From: the human T2T-CHM13v2.0 reference genome, Homo sapiens
Length of the DNA stretch: 64,000 bases
Reading direction: 5' to 3' (one strand)
Assembly (NCBI RefSeq): GCF_009914755.1
Contig: NC_060947.1
Shown: positions 48,216 to 62,059 of the stretch, one piece after another
How the letters are laid out: every line of letters starts with the position of its first letter
How positions within the stretch are numbered: the first letter of the stretch is position 1
The notes under the pieces: model-generated
Databases searched by the model: none
What the model was told of the DNA's origin: nothing
The model's input: the letters and a program-made list of their open reading frames with translations, nothing else
Position numbers and translations under genes: made by a program

Positions 48216-49016
48216 TATCGATATGATCATAACCCCAAAGGCTACCACTGTCTTTTGTGAAAATTCAGCTGTTTTTGTTATCCAAAATATGTCAGCATAT
48301 GTAGTTGAATATGTCATGGAGTACCAACTCAACCAAAAATTCAGCTTCACAAATAAAACTCAGCACATTTTCTTTCTGAAATGATATATTGTATAATTTG
48401 GGTAAGGGGAGAATTCCCCAGGTGGAATGCAACTCAGTGATCCTAGAATTTGAGTCAAGGACCAACTCCTTTTCATCTTCCCCAATGCTCGTCCATCCAA
48501 ACCACTACTTTTATTTGTCCTCCACTCAAAATAGCCCTTGCTGAGAGTTGGCCAACTTACATTCAAAATAACCTAATTAAATGTCCTTTCTATGAAGTGG
48601 GCTCTGGCTCTCCTAGGCCAGGGAAGTGAGTGCCAGCCTAGAGTGTTCTGGGAAGCACTTCAAGGGATTATCATTCTATTTCTCAGGAAACCCTTGCAGA
48701 TGATGGGTATCAATCACCTAGTTCTTGCACCGCGTTCAAGCTCACCAGTTAGAGAGCTGCAGGACACCTTCCATTACTTCCCTATGTGGAGACTCCTCTC
48801 TGCCTCATCCTCCACCCAGAAGCAACTGCTCAGAGCAATTTTCCATTCCACGTTTTTCTCTCACCTTCTGAGAGTCTGGTTGCTGCCAACACCCAGCTTC
48901 ATAACAATCAGCTCCCACAGAAGCAACTGCAGTTTTCCAAAGCCCCAAGCTGCCTTAGCTCAGGGCCTTTATACTGGAAGGCTCACATTGGAATCTAACC
49001 TCCCCAGTCCTTTTTT

Positions 49017-50860
<1,844 letters not shown>

Positions 50861-51565
50861 CCCAGTCCTTTTTTAAGTTGTTCTTTAAATTGTAAAGAGC
50901 ACCTTACCAGCTTCTTGATATGGCTTCTGCTCCAAGAATCTCCTGTTTTATCAGTAGGGATAAGTCATGCTTTTCACACTATCCGCACTATGAAGAGTGC
51001 CTTCCAAAAGCATATGCTTAAATAATGTTCAGCAAATAAAGGAGTCAGTGAGGCTTTCTTGTATTCAGAGTTAATTTCTGCTACTTTTTTGAATATGCCA
51101 AGCCAAGCAAGGGATACATATTTAATTTTTAAGAACAAGAAAATAAAGGGTATGAGGAGATGCAAATATTAGCCATCCTTCATTTTGTTCAACTATTGAA
51201 CTGCTGAGTACTTTCACATTTTAAAGAAAATTCCTATTATAATACCACACTATCCTGTTACAGATCACAAAATAAGAGAAGGTTTTCCCATCTTTTTAAC
51301 AAAATATAAAATTCTTACTTTTAAGTCAGATAAATGGCAATACGTAAATAATATTAATAAACGAAGATTCTGAAACCAATTAAACCTGCTATTAAAATAA
51401 AAGCATTTGAAAATAACCAAAAGAAAAACAGGTAAATCTATAAACCACCCACATGAAACAGAAATGCAGAGAACGCTGTTTTCTCTCCAGCTCCACCTGG
51501 GCCCTTCACTATGTAGGACCTCAACTGCCTTCTTCAAACACAAAGGGAAGAAACTACCCCAGACT

Positions 51566-52689
51566 TCATTCAGGACAGGAGAAGTTGCTGGACATGAAAC
51601 TGAAGCTTGCACTGGGCATGGCAGTGGCATCATCTGTGGTGGAAATTATGGCCTGGGCTCTCTCTTCCACATCTTTCAAAGCATCCTTGTACCAGGATGG
51701 AAAGGAAATAGGGATACTATTGTATAGCTTGGCCAAAAACTCTAGTACTTTCTGCTTGGTGCTTTCTGAATGGGCTCTTGGACCCCACAGGAATTCATAA
51801 CGTGGAGGAGAACTGTTGGGCACCTCCCAATACTCCAGGTAATGTTCCTGCACCCAAACTTTAGTGAGGAGCTCCCTGGGCTCCCCATAGACGAAGTGCT
51901 CCCTCCCAGCATACACCCCTATTGCCTTCAGCACTTCCCAGATGACCTCCTCAGGGGCACAGCTGCCCGTTATGAAGATCACACTCAGAATAAGAATCAG
52001 GAGGCAGTTCTCAGGCCTGCCCGTGTCATCACTACCCTCATCGGCGAGGTCTACTGTGTTTGCAAACACATAGAAATGGTCAGGGCCCACTTCTATCAGG
52101 GAAAGGCCAAAAAGAAGCTCTATGAACTCACAGGCTTTCTCGAGTATCACAGGAAAGTAGTCTTTGTACTTGGTGATGACAATCGTCAGCATCTCTGACT
52201 CTGTTATAGGCTCCTTTGTTTGATATTTGAGGAGCAGGAACTCCACTCACTCGGCCACCTTTTCATCTAGTGTATATGTGAAAAAGAACTCACTGTCTGG
52301 CAGGCCAGGACAGGTCCTGCATCCTCCTCTTTTTGGCTGCTGGACTCTTCATTCATTGGGCTGCATGAAACAGAGGAAGAGCAGGAGCTCAGAGGATTCT
52401 GGGGAGGACATTGGGAAGGACCCTGTGGAGGACTCTTGGGAGTGCTCTGGAGAAGACTTGACATCCCAGCAGAGTGCACCTCCTCCTCCTCAGGGCCACC
52501 AAGAATCAGAGAAGAGGATGAGGAGGAGGAAGAGGAGGAAAATACTAAGTAGAAAGTAGAAGAGGAAATGGAGGCTTCCTCCTCTTCCTCATCTGTGGGA
52601 TCCTGTGCATCTATCCAATCCTCTATTACAACTGGGTACTGGGAGTCTTCCGCAAAGTTGGGGAATGGAACGCTTGGAAAGAGAGGCAT
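51566..52689 (-). pseudogene. MAGEC2-like (MAGE-C family) pseudogene coding region
   Basis: ATG at 52689 (MPLFPSVPFPN...DAQDPTDEEEEEAS) and a full MAGE homology domain (YAGREHFVYGEPRELLTKVWVQEHYLEY...YEFLWGPRAHSE). Lesions: a 1-nt frameshift at ~52314 and an in-frame TGA at 52247-52249. Confidence 0.95.
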
Positions 52690-52754
52690 AACGACTTCTT
52701 CAGGAGCAGCAGGTAAACATATCAACAGGGATACGGATGATGGGATCCAACAGG

Positions 52755-53900
52755 CCTGTGGAAGAGAGTGACGCTGTGCGTGGCCTCAGCTGATAAACTC
52801 ACCCATGATGGCTCTGCCAAAGGCCGACTTACAGCTCCTCTTCTCTTAAGGTCGTGCTTCAGGGCCTCACAGGTCGCCTGTCTTCCTAGAGAGATTGTCC
52901 CCTGGGCACCTGTAAGAGGATGTGAGAAATCACCTCAGGGTACAGCTGAAAGGCGGAGCCTGAGGCACCAGGAATGACAGTAGGTGGTTACGGCTGGGTG
53001 CTGAAGAGTCTCCTCTGTTTGTAGGGGTAGAGCCTTTGTAACAAAGTTAGGGTGTGCACTCACCTTGACTCCTGGCACTTCCTGGGCCTCCCCTGCTGTG
53101 CTGACTTTAGGAAGTGCAACTCAGACCCAGGTCTTCACATCCTGGTTCCTGGAGCACCTGCAAGAGGAAGTGAGGGAGCCCCTCAGGCTAAAGACTGCAA
53201 GCAGAGCCTTGGGTCTCCCAGGGCTGACAGCTGGGGCTGGCCAGACTCACAGAGCTCCATCGTTCTGGGCTGCATGGCTCCCTCAGAATTTAATTAGCAA
53301 CCTCACAGCTTCTTAGACAGGGCCAGACCCCCACCACTCTGCTGGTCTGAGGCAAAACCTCAGAGCAAATTCCACATCCCTGAGAGCAGTGGGAGGTGGT
53401 GCGGTGGCAGCCTCTGCCAACTGCCAAGCGGAGGCAGCTCCCCTGCTGACTTGCCATGGGACCCCCAGACCAAGGCCTCCCCCCTCCCCTCCACCCCTCA
53501 CCCAGAAATGAGAGGGCTGCGGCTCAGCCTGAGCTGACTGGGGAGCTCTAAGAGGGCTGATACGACGAGCAGGGTGGGAATCTCCAGGAATCTGTCCTCT
53601 GAGGTGGGGGTTCCCCGACTCTTCCTCAAAGTCTTCCTATTTATTCCCTAGAGGGCCGGCACCTCCTCCCTTCTTCTATCGTGAGGACCCCTCAGCCCCC
53701 AGCGGCCATTTTCCTCTCTGGGACCTACAAGTCCCACGGCAGGGGCAGCACCCGCTACGGTTTCTTCTCTCTGTGGTGGGAGTTCGCTCAGTTCTTCCTC
53801 AGGGCCCTTACCTTGAGGATTGGCCAGGTCTAAGACTTCTCTCTGCTGAACTGAGACGAGCCTCCTCACAAAGTGCCTCATGTCCTTCGGACTCACAAAA
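52755..53900 (-). other. 5' non-coding exons of the MAGE-C pseudogene: ~53900-53812, 53157-53064, 52909-52833; terminal exon starts at 52755
   Basis: Canonical sites: aag|gtaagg (53811), cag|gtgctcc (53158), aag|gtgagt (53063), cag|gtgccc (52910), gct|gtaagt (52832), cacag|gcctg (52756). The layout matches MAGE genes (short UTR exons, one coding exon). Confidence 0.75.
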
Positions 53901-54700
53901 TGCAAGTCGGGAAAGCACATCCAGGAACCCTGCCGGGGTTGACCAGAGCTGACAGCAGGGGCAGCGTGTGGCGGGGCCTCCACTCTGCAGAGGAGCCAAC
54001 CCCCACGTGTCAGTCTCCTTCCACCCTTTCCTGACCACTTCCTGGTCGCCCTCCACCCCTTCCTGCTCACTCCCTAAGCCTTGCTGACCTCTTCCCTCCC
54101 ACCTCCCCAGTCCCTGACACCCTCCTCCTGCCCCTTTTCCCAGGGCTGACAGCAGGGAGTGTCTCTTTGCAGCCTGGGCCTCCCCTCCCTGGTGGGAGGT
54201 CATCGTCCTTCCACAGAGTTCTCTTCTTGATTGTTGGCCAGTCCTGGAGCTTCTCCATCTGCTTAACTGAAGCTGCTCTCCTCAGAGAAAACCTCCCCTC
54301 CGGCTGACTCCCAAAGTGGAAGTCAGAAAATTGTACATTTGGGGACCCTGATGGGCTCCTCCAGAGCTGGCAGCAGGCACAGGGACAGGACAGGGGGCAC
54401 TACTAGTCATGGGTGTTCTCTTCCTGCTTTCCTGAGAGGCTGTGCCTGGACTCCTGATACTGCCTGGGATGCCTGACCCTGTGCATCTGAGTCTTTCACC
54501 TCCATATAAGCCCCTCCAATCCCTGAGACCTGCAAGGTGCAAGAGAGGGAGAATCACATCCATCTACAGTGGTATAAGACCTCCCATGCCCAACGCAGGG
54601 CTCCACTGCTCCTGTCTGAAATGGAGTAGGAAGGCCCCTCAGTCTTCCTCAAGGTATTAGTTCTTACGGGGCCTCCACTCCCTCCCTCACCTGTCCAGAC
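53300..54700 (-). promoter_or_regulatory. GC-rich MAGE promoter region with repeated first-exon-like modules
   Basis: Highest GC/CpG content in the window; Ets-like ggatgt/ggaa motif at ~53915-53930 next to gacttgc, as in MAGE promoters. Confidence 0.55.
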
Positions 54701-54704
54701 AGCA

Positions 54705-57700
54705 ACATTTGTTCCTTCAGCCGCTAAAATCCATTCCAAATTTTTCCACTTTACTGCTGAGTGTGAAGTTAACATCATCGCTCCCATAGCCTATGTTAAA
54801 GGCTTCATTATTGTTGCTTCTTTTCCTATCCTTGTTCCTGAAAAAACCATTGTCTTTTCAGCAGCCCGTGATCCTTTTGAAAACCAATACGTGATTTTCA
54901 TTTTAAATACACACATCAGATTTAACTAGAATGTGAAGTTATATGTATTTTGGAAAATGCATGGAGTCCCATATCTACCAACCAAGTATCATACTGACCA
55001 GTTCCATCTGCCTAAAATTCTCCTGTGCATCCCGTTTGAAGTCAATCACTGCACTCCACAAAGCTCCTGGCAACTCTCTTCCGTTTTCAGTTCCTGTAGT
55101 TTTAACTCTTCCAATTTGTCATATGACTAGGTTCATAAGATACTGACTTAACAGTGCGCCTGTACTCTTCTTTATCACAACTAGCAAGGAATGAGAATTT
55201 CTGTTATCCTATATCCTCTCTTACATTTAGTATTTTAGATTTTCAGGTTTTAGCCATTCTCATAAGCATGTATTGGAATCTTCTTTGGTTTTCGTTTGCA
55301 TCTTCCTAATGACATATGAAATTTGTCATCTTTTTATATGCTTTTTTTCCCATTGGTATAGCCTCTTTGGTAAAGTGTCTATTCAAATCATTTGCATCTT
55401 TTTGTAGATGAATAAACTTCATTTTGAGAGCATTGCTAATCCAAAAATACAAAGAGAAAACTTCATCAAATTTAGAGTTCTTGTATCTACACCACCGCCC
55501 TGCCCTGCTTGCTGTACACACACACAAAGTGTCTCTTTTTATTTATATTTTGTGTTATTATGACATGTTTGCTGCAACTGATGGAACTGTATTACCTCAT
55601 TATTAAGTCCACGGTTTATGTCAGGACTCACTCTTAACGCTGAGGATACTATAGATTTTGATAAGGGTGTAATGGCAAGTATGCATCATTAGAGTATTAC
55701 ACAGAATTGTTTCAGCATCTTAGATCTCCTGTGTGTTCCACCTAATGATCAATCCCCCGTACACCAACACCAACCATCAGCTCCTGGAAAGCAGTCATAT
55801 TTTTAGTGTATTCATCGTTGCCTGTTCCAGAATATGATATGATTGAAATTGTACATTATGTAGCCTTTTTAGAATGTTCTTCTTTCACTTAGCAATAGGC
55901 TTTCACGATTCCTCCAGGTCCATCCCACTAACAACCACTGAAAGTTCCTGTTGCTCAACATGCATGTCAACGTTTGATGTTGCAGTGTTTTGGATGTCAG
56001 CCGTTCTCCTGGGGGTAGAGGGCTATCTCCTAGTTGTTTTAATTTGCATATCTATAATGACATAGGACATTTGACAGTGTTATGTGCTTATTTTCCATTC
56101 CTATATATTCTTTGCTGGCGTATCTTTTCAGATTATCTGGCCCATTTTATATTTGGTTTTCTTTTTTCTCATGATTGGATTTCCAGAGTTTTGTGACTTT
56201 CTCACAGTTTTGGAATCTGGTAGTCCAAGAGCAAGGTGTATACAAGGTTGTTTCCTGCTGAGGGCTGTGAGGGCAGGATGTTTTCCAGTCTCTCTCCTTG
56301 CCTTGTAGACGGCTGTCTTCACTCCATGTATGTTCACGTTGTCATCACTCTACTCATAGCACTGTGTCCAAATTTTCCCTTTGTATGATGACTCCCATCA
56401 TATTGGATTAGGGCCGGCATTAATAACCACATTTTTTAACTATTAGTTTAAGTTCATGATACATGTGCAGGATGTGCAGGCTTTTACGTATGCAAATGTG
56501 TGTCATGAAGGTTTGTTGTACATATTATTTCATCACCCAGGTATTAAGCCAATATCAATTAGTTATTTTTTCCTGAGCCTCTCCCTCTTCCCACCCTCTG
56601 CCCTCTGGTAGGCCTTAGTGTGCATTGTTCCCCTCTACGTGTCCTTGTGTTCACAACATTTAGCTCCCATTTATAAGTGAGAACACTTGACATTTGGTTT
56701 TCTGTTCCTCTGTTACTTTGCCAAGGATAATGCCTCCAGCTTCATCTATTTTCCTGCAAAACACCTGATCTCCTTCCTTTTTATGGCTGCATAGTATTCC
56801 ATGGTGTATATATACCACATTTTCTTTATCCAGTCTATCATTGATGGGCATTTAGGTTGATTCTGTGTCTTTGCTATTGTGAATAGTGCCTCATTGAACA
56901 TACACTTGCATGTGTCTTAATAACAGAACCATTTATATTCCTTTAAATGTATACCCAGTAATTGGTTTGCTGGCTGGGGTGAATGCTATTTCAGTCTCTA
57001 CATCTTTGAGAATTTGACAGACTATTTTCCACAATGGTTGAACTAATTGACACTTCCGCCAACAGAGTAAAAATATTCCTTTTTCTCCACAACCTCACCA
57101 CGATCTCTTATTTTTTGACATTTTAGTAATAGCCATTCTGTCTGGTGTGAGGTGGTGTCTCACTGTACTTTTGTTTGGCATTTCTCTAGTGATTAGTGAT
57201 GTTAAGCTTGTTTTCATATGCTTGTTGGCAGCATGTATGTCTTCTTTTGGAAAGTGTGCATGTCCTTTGCCCACCTTTTAATGGGTTTTTTTTTCATTTA
57301 AATTTGTTTAAATTCTTTATAGATGCTGGATATAGATCTTCATCAGATGCACAGATTGCAAAAATTTTCTCCCATTCTGTAGGCTGTCTGTTTAATCTGT
57401 TGATAGTTTCTCTTGCTCTGCAGAAGTTCTTTACTTTAAATACATCCCGTTTGTCAATGCTTGCTTTTGTTGCAACTATTTTTAGCATCTTTGTCATGAA
57501 ATTTTCTCCCGTGCCTGTGTCCTGAATGGTATTGCCTAGGGTTTTTCTAAGGTTTTTTATGGTTTTGGGTTTTACATTTAAGTCTTTAATCCACCTTGAG
57601 TTATTTTTGTATATGGTGTAAGGAAGGGATGTGGTTTCAATTTTCTGCTTAAGGCTAGCTGGTTCTTCCATCACCATTTATTAAATAGGGAGTTCTTTAC

Positions 57701-59880
57701 CAATTGGTTGTTTTTGTCACGTTTGTCAAAGATCAGATGGTTTTAGGTGTGCAGTCTTATTTCTGGGTTCTCTATTATTTTCCATTGGTCTATGTGTCAG
57801 TTCTTGTACCAGTACCATGCTGTTTGGTTACTGTAGCCTTGTAGTATAGTTTGAAGTGAGGTAGCATGATGCCTCCAGCTTTATTCTTTTTGCTTAGGAT
57901 TGCCTTGGCTATTTGGGCTCTTTTTTGGTTACATACGAATTTCAAAATAGATTTTTGTTTCTAGTTGTGTGAAGAATGTCAGTGAAAGTTTAGTGGGAAT
58001 AGCACTGAATCTATAAATTGCTTTGGGCAGTATGGCCATTTTCACGATACTGATTCTTCCTATCCATTAGGATGGAATGTTTTTCCATTTGCTTGTGTCA
58101 TCCCTGATTTGTTTGAGCAGGGATTTGTCTTTCTCCTTGTAGAGATACTTCACTTCCCTTGTTAGTTGTATTCCTAGCTATATTATTCCTTTTGTGGCAA
58201 TTCGGAATGAAAGTTCATTCATGATTTGGCTCTCAGCTTGCCTGTTGTTGGTGTATACAAATGTTCGTGATTTCTGTACGTTGATTTTGTATCCCGAGAC
58301 TTTGCTGAAGTTGCTTATCAGCTTAAGAAGCTTTTGACCTGAGACAATGGGGTTTTCTAGATATATGATCATGTCATCTGCAAACAAAAATAGTTTGACT
58401 TCCTCTCTTCCTATTTGAATACACTTTATTTATTTCTCTTGCCTGAGTGTCCTGGCTAGAACTCCCAACACTATGTTGAATAAGAGTGGTGAGAGAGGGC
58501 ATCCCTGTCTTTTGTTAATTTTCAAGAGGAATACTTCCAGCTTTTGTCCATTCAGTATAATATTGGCTGTGAGTTTGTCATATACGGCTCTTATTATTTT
58601 GAGGTATGTTCCCTCAACACCTAATTTATTGAGAGTATTTAATAAGAAAAAATGTTGAATTTTATCAAAAGCTTTTCTGCATCAATTGAGAAAATCATGT
58701 GGTTTTTATCTTTATTTCTGTTTATTTGATGAATCACATTTGTTGATTTGCATATGTTGAACCAACCTTGCATCCCAGAAATCAAGCCTACTTGATCCTG
58801 GTGGATAAGCTTTTTGATGTGCTGCTGGATATGGTTTGCCAGCATTTTGATGAGCATTTTTGCATCACTGTTTGTTAAGGATATTGGCCTGATGTTTCTT
58901 TTTTTTTTTTTTTTTTTTTGTCTCTGCCAGGTTTTGGTATGAGGATGGTGTTGGCCTCATAGAACGAGTTAGGGAGACGTTCCTCCTTTTCAATTTTTTT
59001 GGAATGATTTCAGTTGGAATAGTACCAGCTCTTCTTTAATAACCACATTTTTAACTTACTTGCCTCTGAGGTAATCCTGTCTCCAAATAATGCCACATGT
59101 AAATTTCAACGTAAGATTTTAGCGGGGATGCAACTGAACCTATAATAGTGGAAAAGGAAGTGGCAGACCTATATGTATATTATTACCCATGTGTAGTTAT
59201 AAACACACACGCATTCACATATATGTATAGATTATATTAAAAAAACCATCTATCTTTCTCAAAATTCTAAATCAGCTTTTAAATTTAAACACTACAGGGT
59301 TAATTGTGGAGACTTCTGAATAGGGGGATGAGTTTTGGAGGAACTTTCCAAAGGGGAGAATTGTGATTCCTACCTATTTTTTAAATTTTGCATCAGAAAT
59401 ATATGCAGTATTTATTTGTAGGGAAAGTATTGAAATAAGCCTAAGAAAAGCATGAGGAGCAGTCCAGTAGGAAGATAAAGTATCAGTAAGCTCATGGAAC
59501 ACCAAGAAAAAAAATCCTTGAAATTTATGTGACTTAACACGACAAGTTTATTTTTTGGCACGTAAATTCTGATTTAGTTGGCAGGGTGTTATGGGCTGAA
59601 TTGTGACTCACCCCAAAAATTCATATATCCAAGTCTTAAAACTCAGTATCCCAGAATGTGACTGTATTTGAAGACAGAAACTTTGAAGAGGTAATTAAGG
59701 TAAAATGAGGTCTTAAGTTTAGGTTCATATTCAGTATAACAGGTATCCTCATAAGAAGTGCAGATTAAGATACAGACACACAGACCAAGGAACAACCATG
59801 TAAGAATTCAGTGAGAAAGTGGCTGTCTGCAAGCCACAGAGAGGCCAGAGAAGAAATCAAACCAGCCAACATCTTGATCT
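54705..59880 (+). repeat. Old duplicated block paralogous to 40945-46200
   Basis: Colinear matches across non-L1PA sequence and shared repeat junctions, e.g. ttgttccttca(a/g)c(t/c)gctaaaatccatt. Confidence 0.9.
56437..59035 (-). mobile_element. 5'-truncated old L1PA/L1PB inserted in an MLT1 LTR
   Basis: ORF2 remnants ([14 protein letters not shown]); TSD ttaataaccacattttt at 56420-56436 and 59036-59052. Confidence 0.93.
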
Positions 59881-60653
59881 TGAAGTTATTATTTTGTAAA
59901 TTTTCTGTGAATCTAAAACTATTCTAAAGCAAAAACTTTATGTAAAAATTGTAAATAGAAGCAGGATAATTAGGTAAGGAAACTAGAATTCAAAGTAATT
60001 TTTTGATAGGGTGGTTAGTTTCCTTTACTTTTTTTCCTTCTCTGTCTTCTAGCCTGGACTTAAAGGCATACAAAATTGAAGAATTGCACATGATACAGAG
60101 ACAGAAAGTGTTCTAAGGCAATTAATGTTTTCATTTTTTCTAGAAAAACCTTTGTGTTTGAAGAACTAGGATAGGAGATTCCTAAAAGACAAAGAGAACA
60201 TGAGAAATTCCTTTCTTCTTCAAGGTTGGCCTCCAGGCAAGCCAACCCCATTCCTGAAGGTGTAATCGTCCAATGAGAGCACTAGCACCAGCTGCTCAGG
60301 CATCTAAAACTCTGAGTGAGGAACATCCTTCCCTCTGTCAAGAAGACCTTTGTTTGAAAAAGTACGGGAGAAAACTTCTCTGTTATTTTTCTCTTTATAT
60401 GCTCTCACTATTTTAGCCAGGGAGGCAGACCCATACAAAGCAGGTGGATGGCATAGTGGACTGTACTAAAAGCCCAATTTCTAGTGAGAGTACTGGAAAG
60501 AGAGTCAGAGAATATAGAGGAGTGTGGTAGTCAGTTTGGGTTGCCATAACAAAAATGCCAAATATTGGGGATTACGTTACAACCTATGTGTTTTGATCGG
60601 GGACGTGCACAAACAAAAAAGTCAATGTAAGAATGAGATTGTATCAAATATAA

Positions 60654-61038
<385 letters not shown>

Positions 61039-61234
61039 AGGAATCTTAACATAAAAAGGACACCATAGCTCGGATAACTGAAATAGGAGTAATTTATAAC
61101 CATGGTATCAGATTAACTTCTTTCCCTTAGCAACATGCTTTTTATGTTCATCCCTGTCTTTCCATGGCTGATAGGCCTTTTCTTCTTATGGCTGCATAGT
61201 AATCCATTGTATAGGTGTATCACAGTTTGTTTAT

Positions 61235-61985
61235 ACTGTTGGTGGGAATGCACGTTGCTAAAACCACTATGGAGAACAGCTTGGAGACTCTTCTAAAAAT
61301 GAAAACAAAACTCCCATACTATCCAGTAATCCCACTCCTTGGTGTTTACCCAAAATGAAGGAAATCAGTACACTGAAGTGATACCTGCACAACCATGTTC
61401 ACTGCAGCACGATTAACAATAGCCAATATGAGGAAGCAACCAAAGTGTCCATCAGCAGATGACTGGATAAAGAAATTGTATTTACATATACACATTGGAG
61501 TACTATTCAGCCATAAAAGCAATGAGACCCTGTCATTTGCATCCACATGGATGGCACTGGAGGTCATTATGATAAGTGAAATAAGCCGGGCACAGAAAGA
61601 CAAACTTCACATGTTCTCGCTTATATGTGGAAGCTAAAAATCAAAACAATGGAATTTGTGGACATAGAGTGTGGAAGGATGGTTACCTGAGGCTGAGAAA
61701 TGTACAGGGTGTGGGGAAGAAGTGAGGATGGCTGATGTTTACAAAAAACTGTTAGAGAGAATCAATAAGACCTAGTATTTGAGATCACAACAGGGTGACC
61801 ATAGTCAAAATGATTTAATTGTACTTTTTGAAATAACTGAAAGAGTGTAATTGGATTGTTTGAAACACAAAGGATAAATGTCTATGCTGATGGATCACCC
61901 ATTTACCCTGATGTGATTATTACACATAGCAAGCCTATAACAAAATACCTCATGTAACCCATAAACATATGTAAGTACTATGTAA
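61235..61985 (+). mobile_element. L1MA-type 3' end (paralog of 21360-22110)
   Basis: ORF 61395-61637 resembles the ORF2 tail; the 3'UTR is colinear with 21.4-22.1 kb. Confidence 0.85.
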
Positions 61986-62059
61986 AGGATTATTTACTCA
62001 GGGAGTAGTGTTGATATTTACCAGGATAAATATCACCTGGCATTTATCCACCCTGATGA

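Noticed and set aside
51566-52246. Calling this ORF the functional MAGEC2 gene
   Set aside because: It starts at GTG directly after an in-frame stop, the N-terminal part is frameshifted, and it differs at many residues from MAGEC2 as recalled
51265-52771. Plus-strand and alternative-frame ORFs over the MAGE pseudogene
   Set aside because: Shadow ORFs of a GC-rich coding sequence with no recognisable motifs
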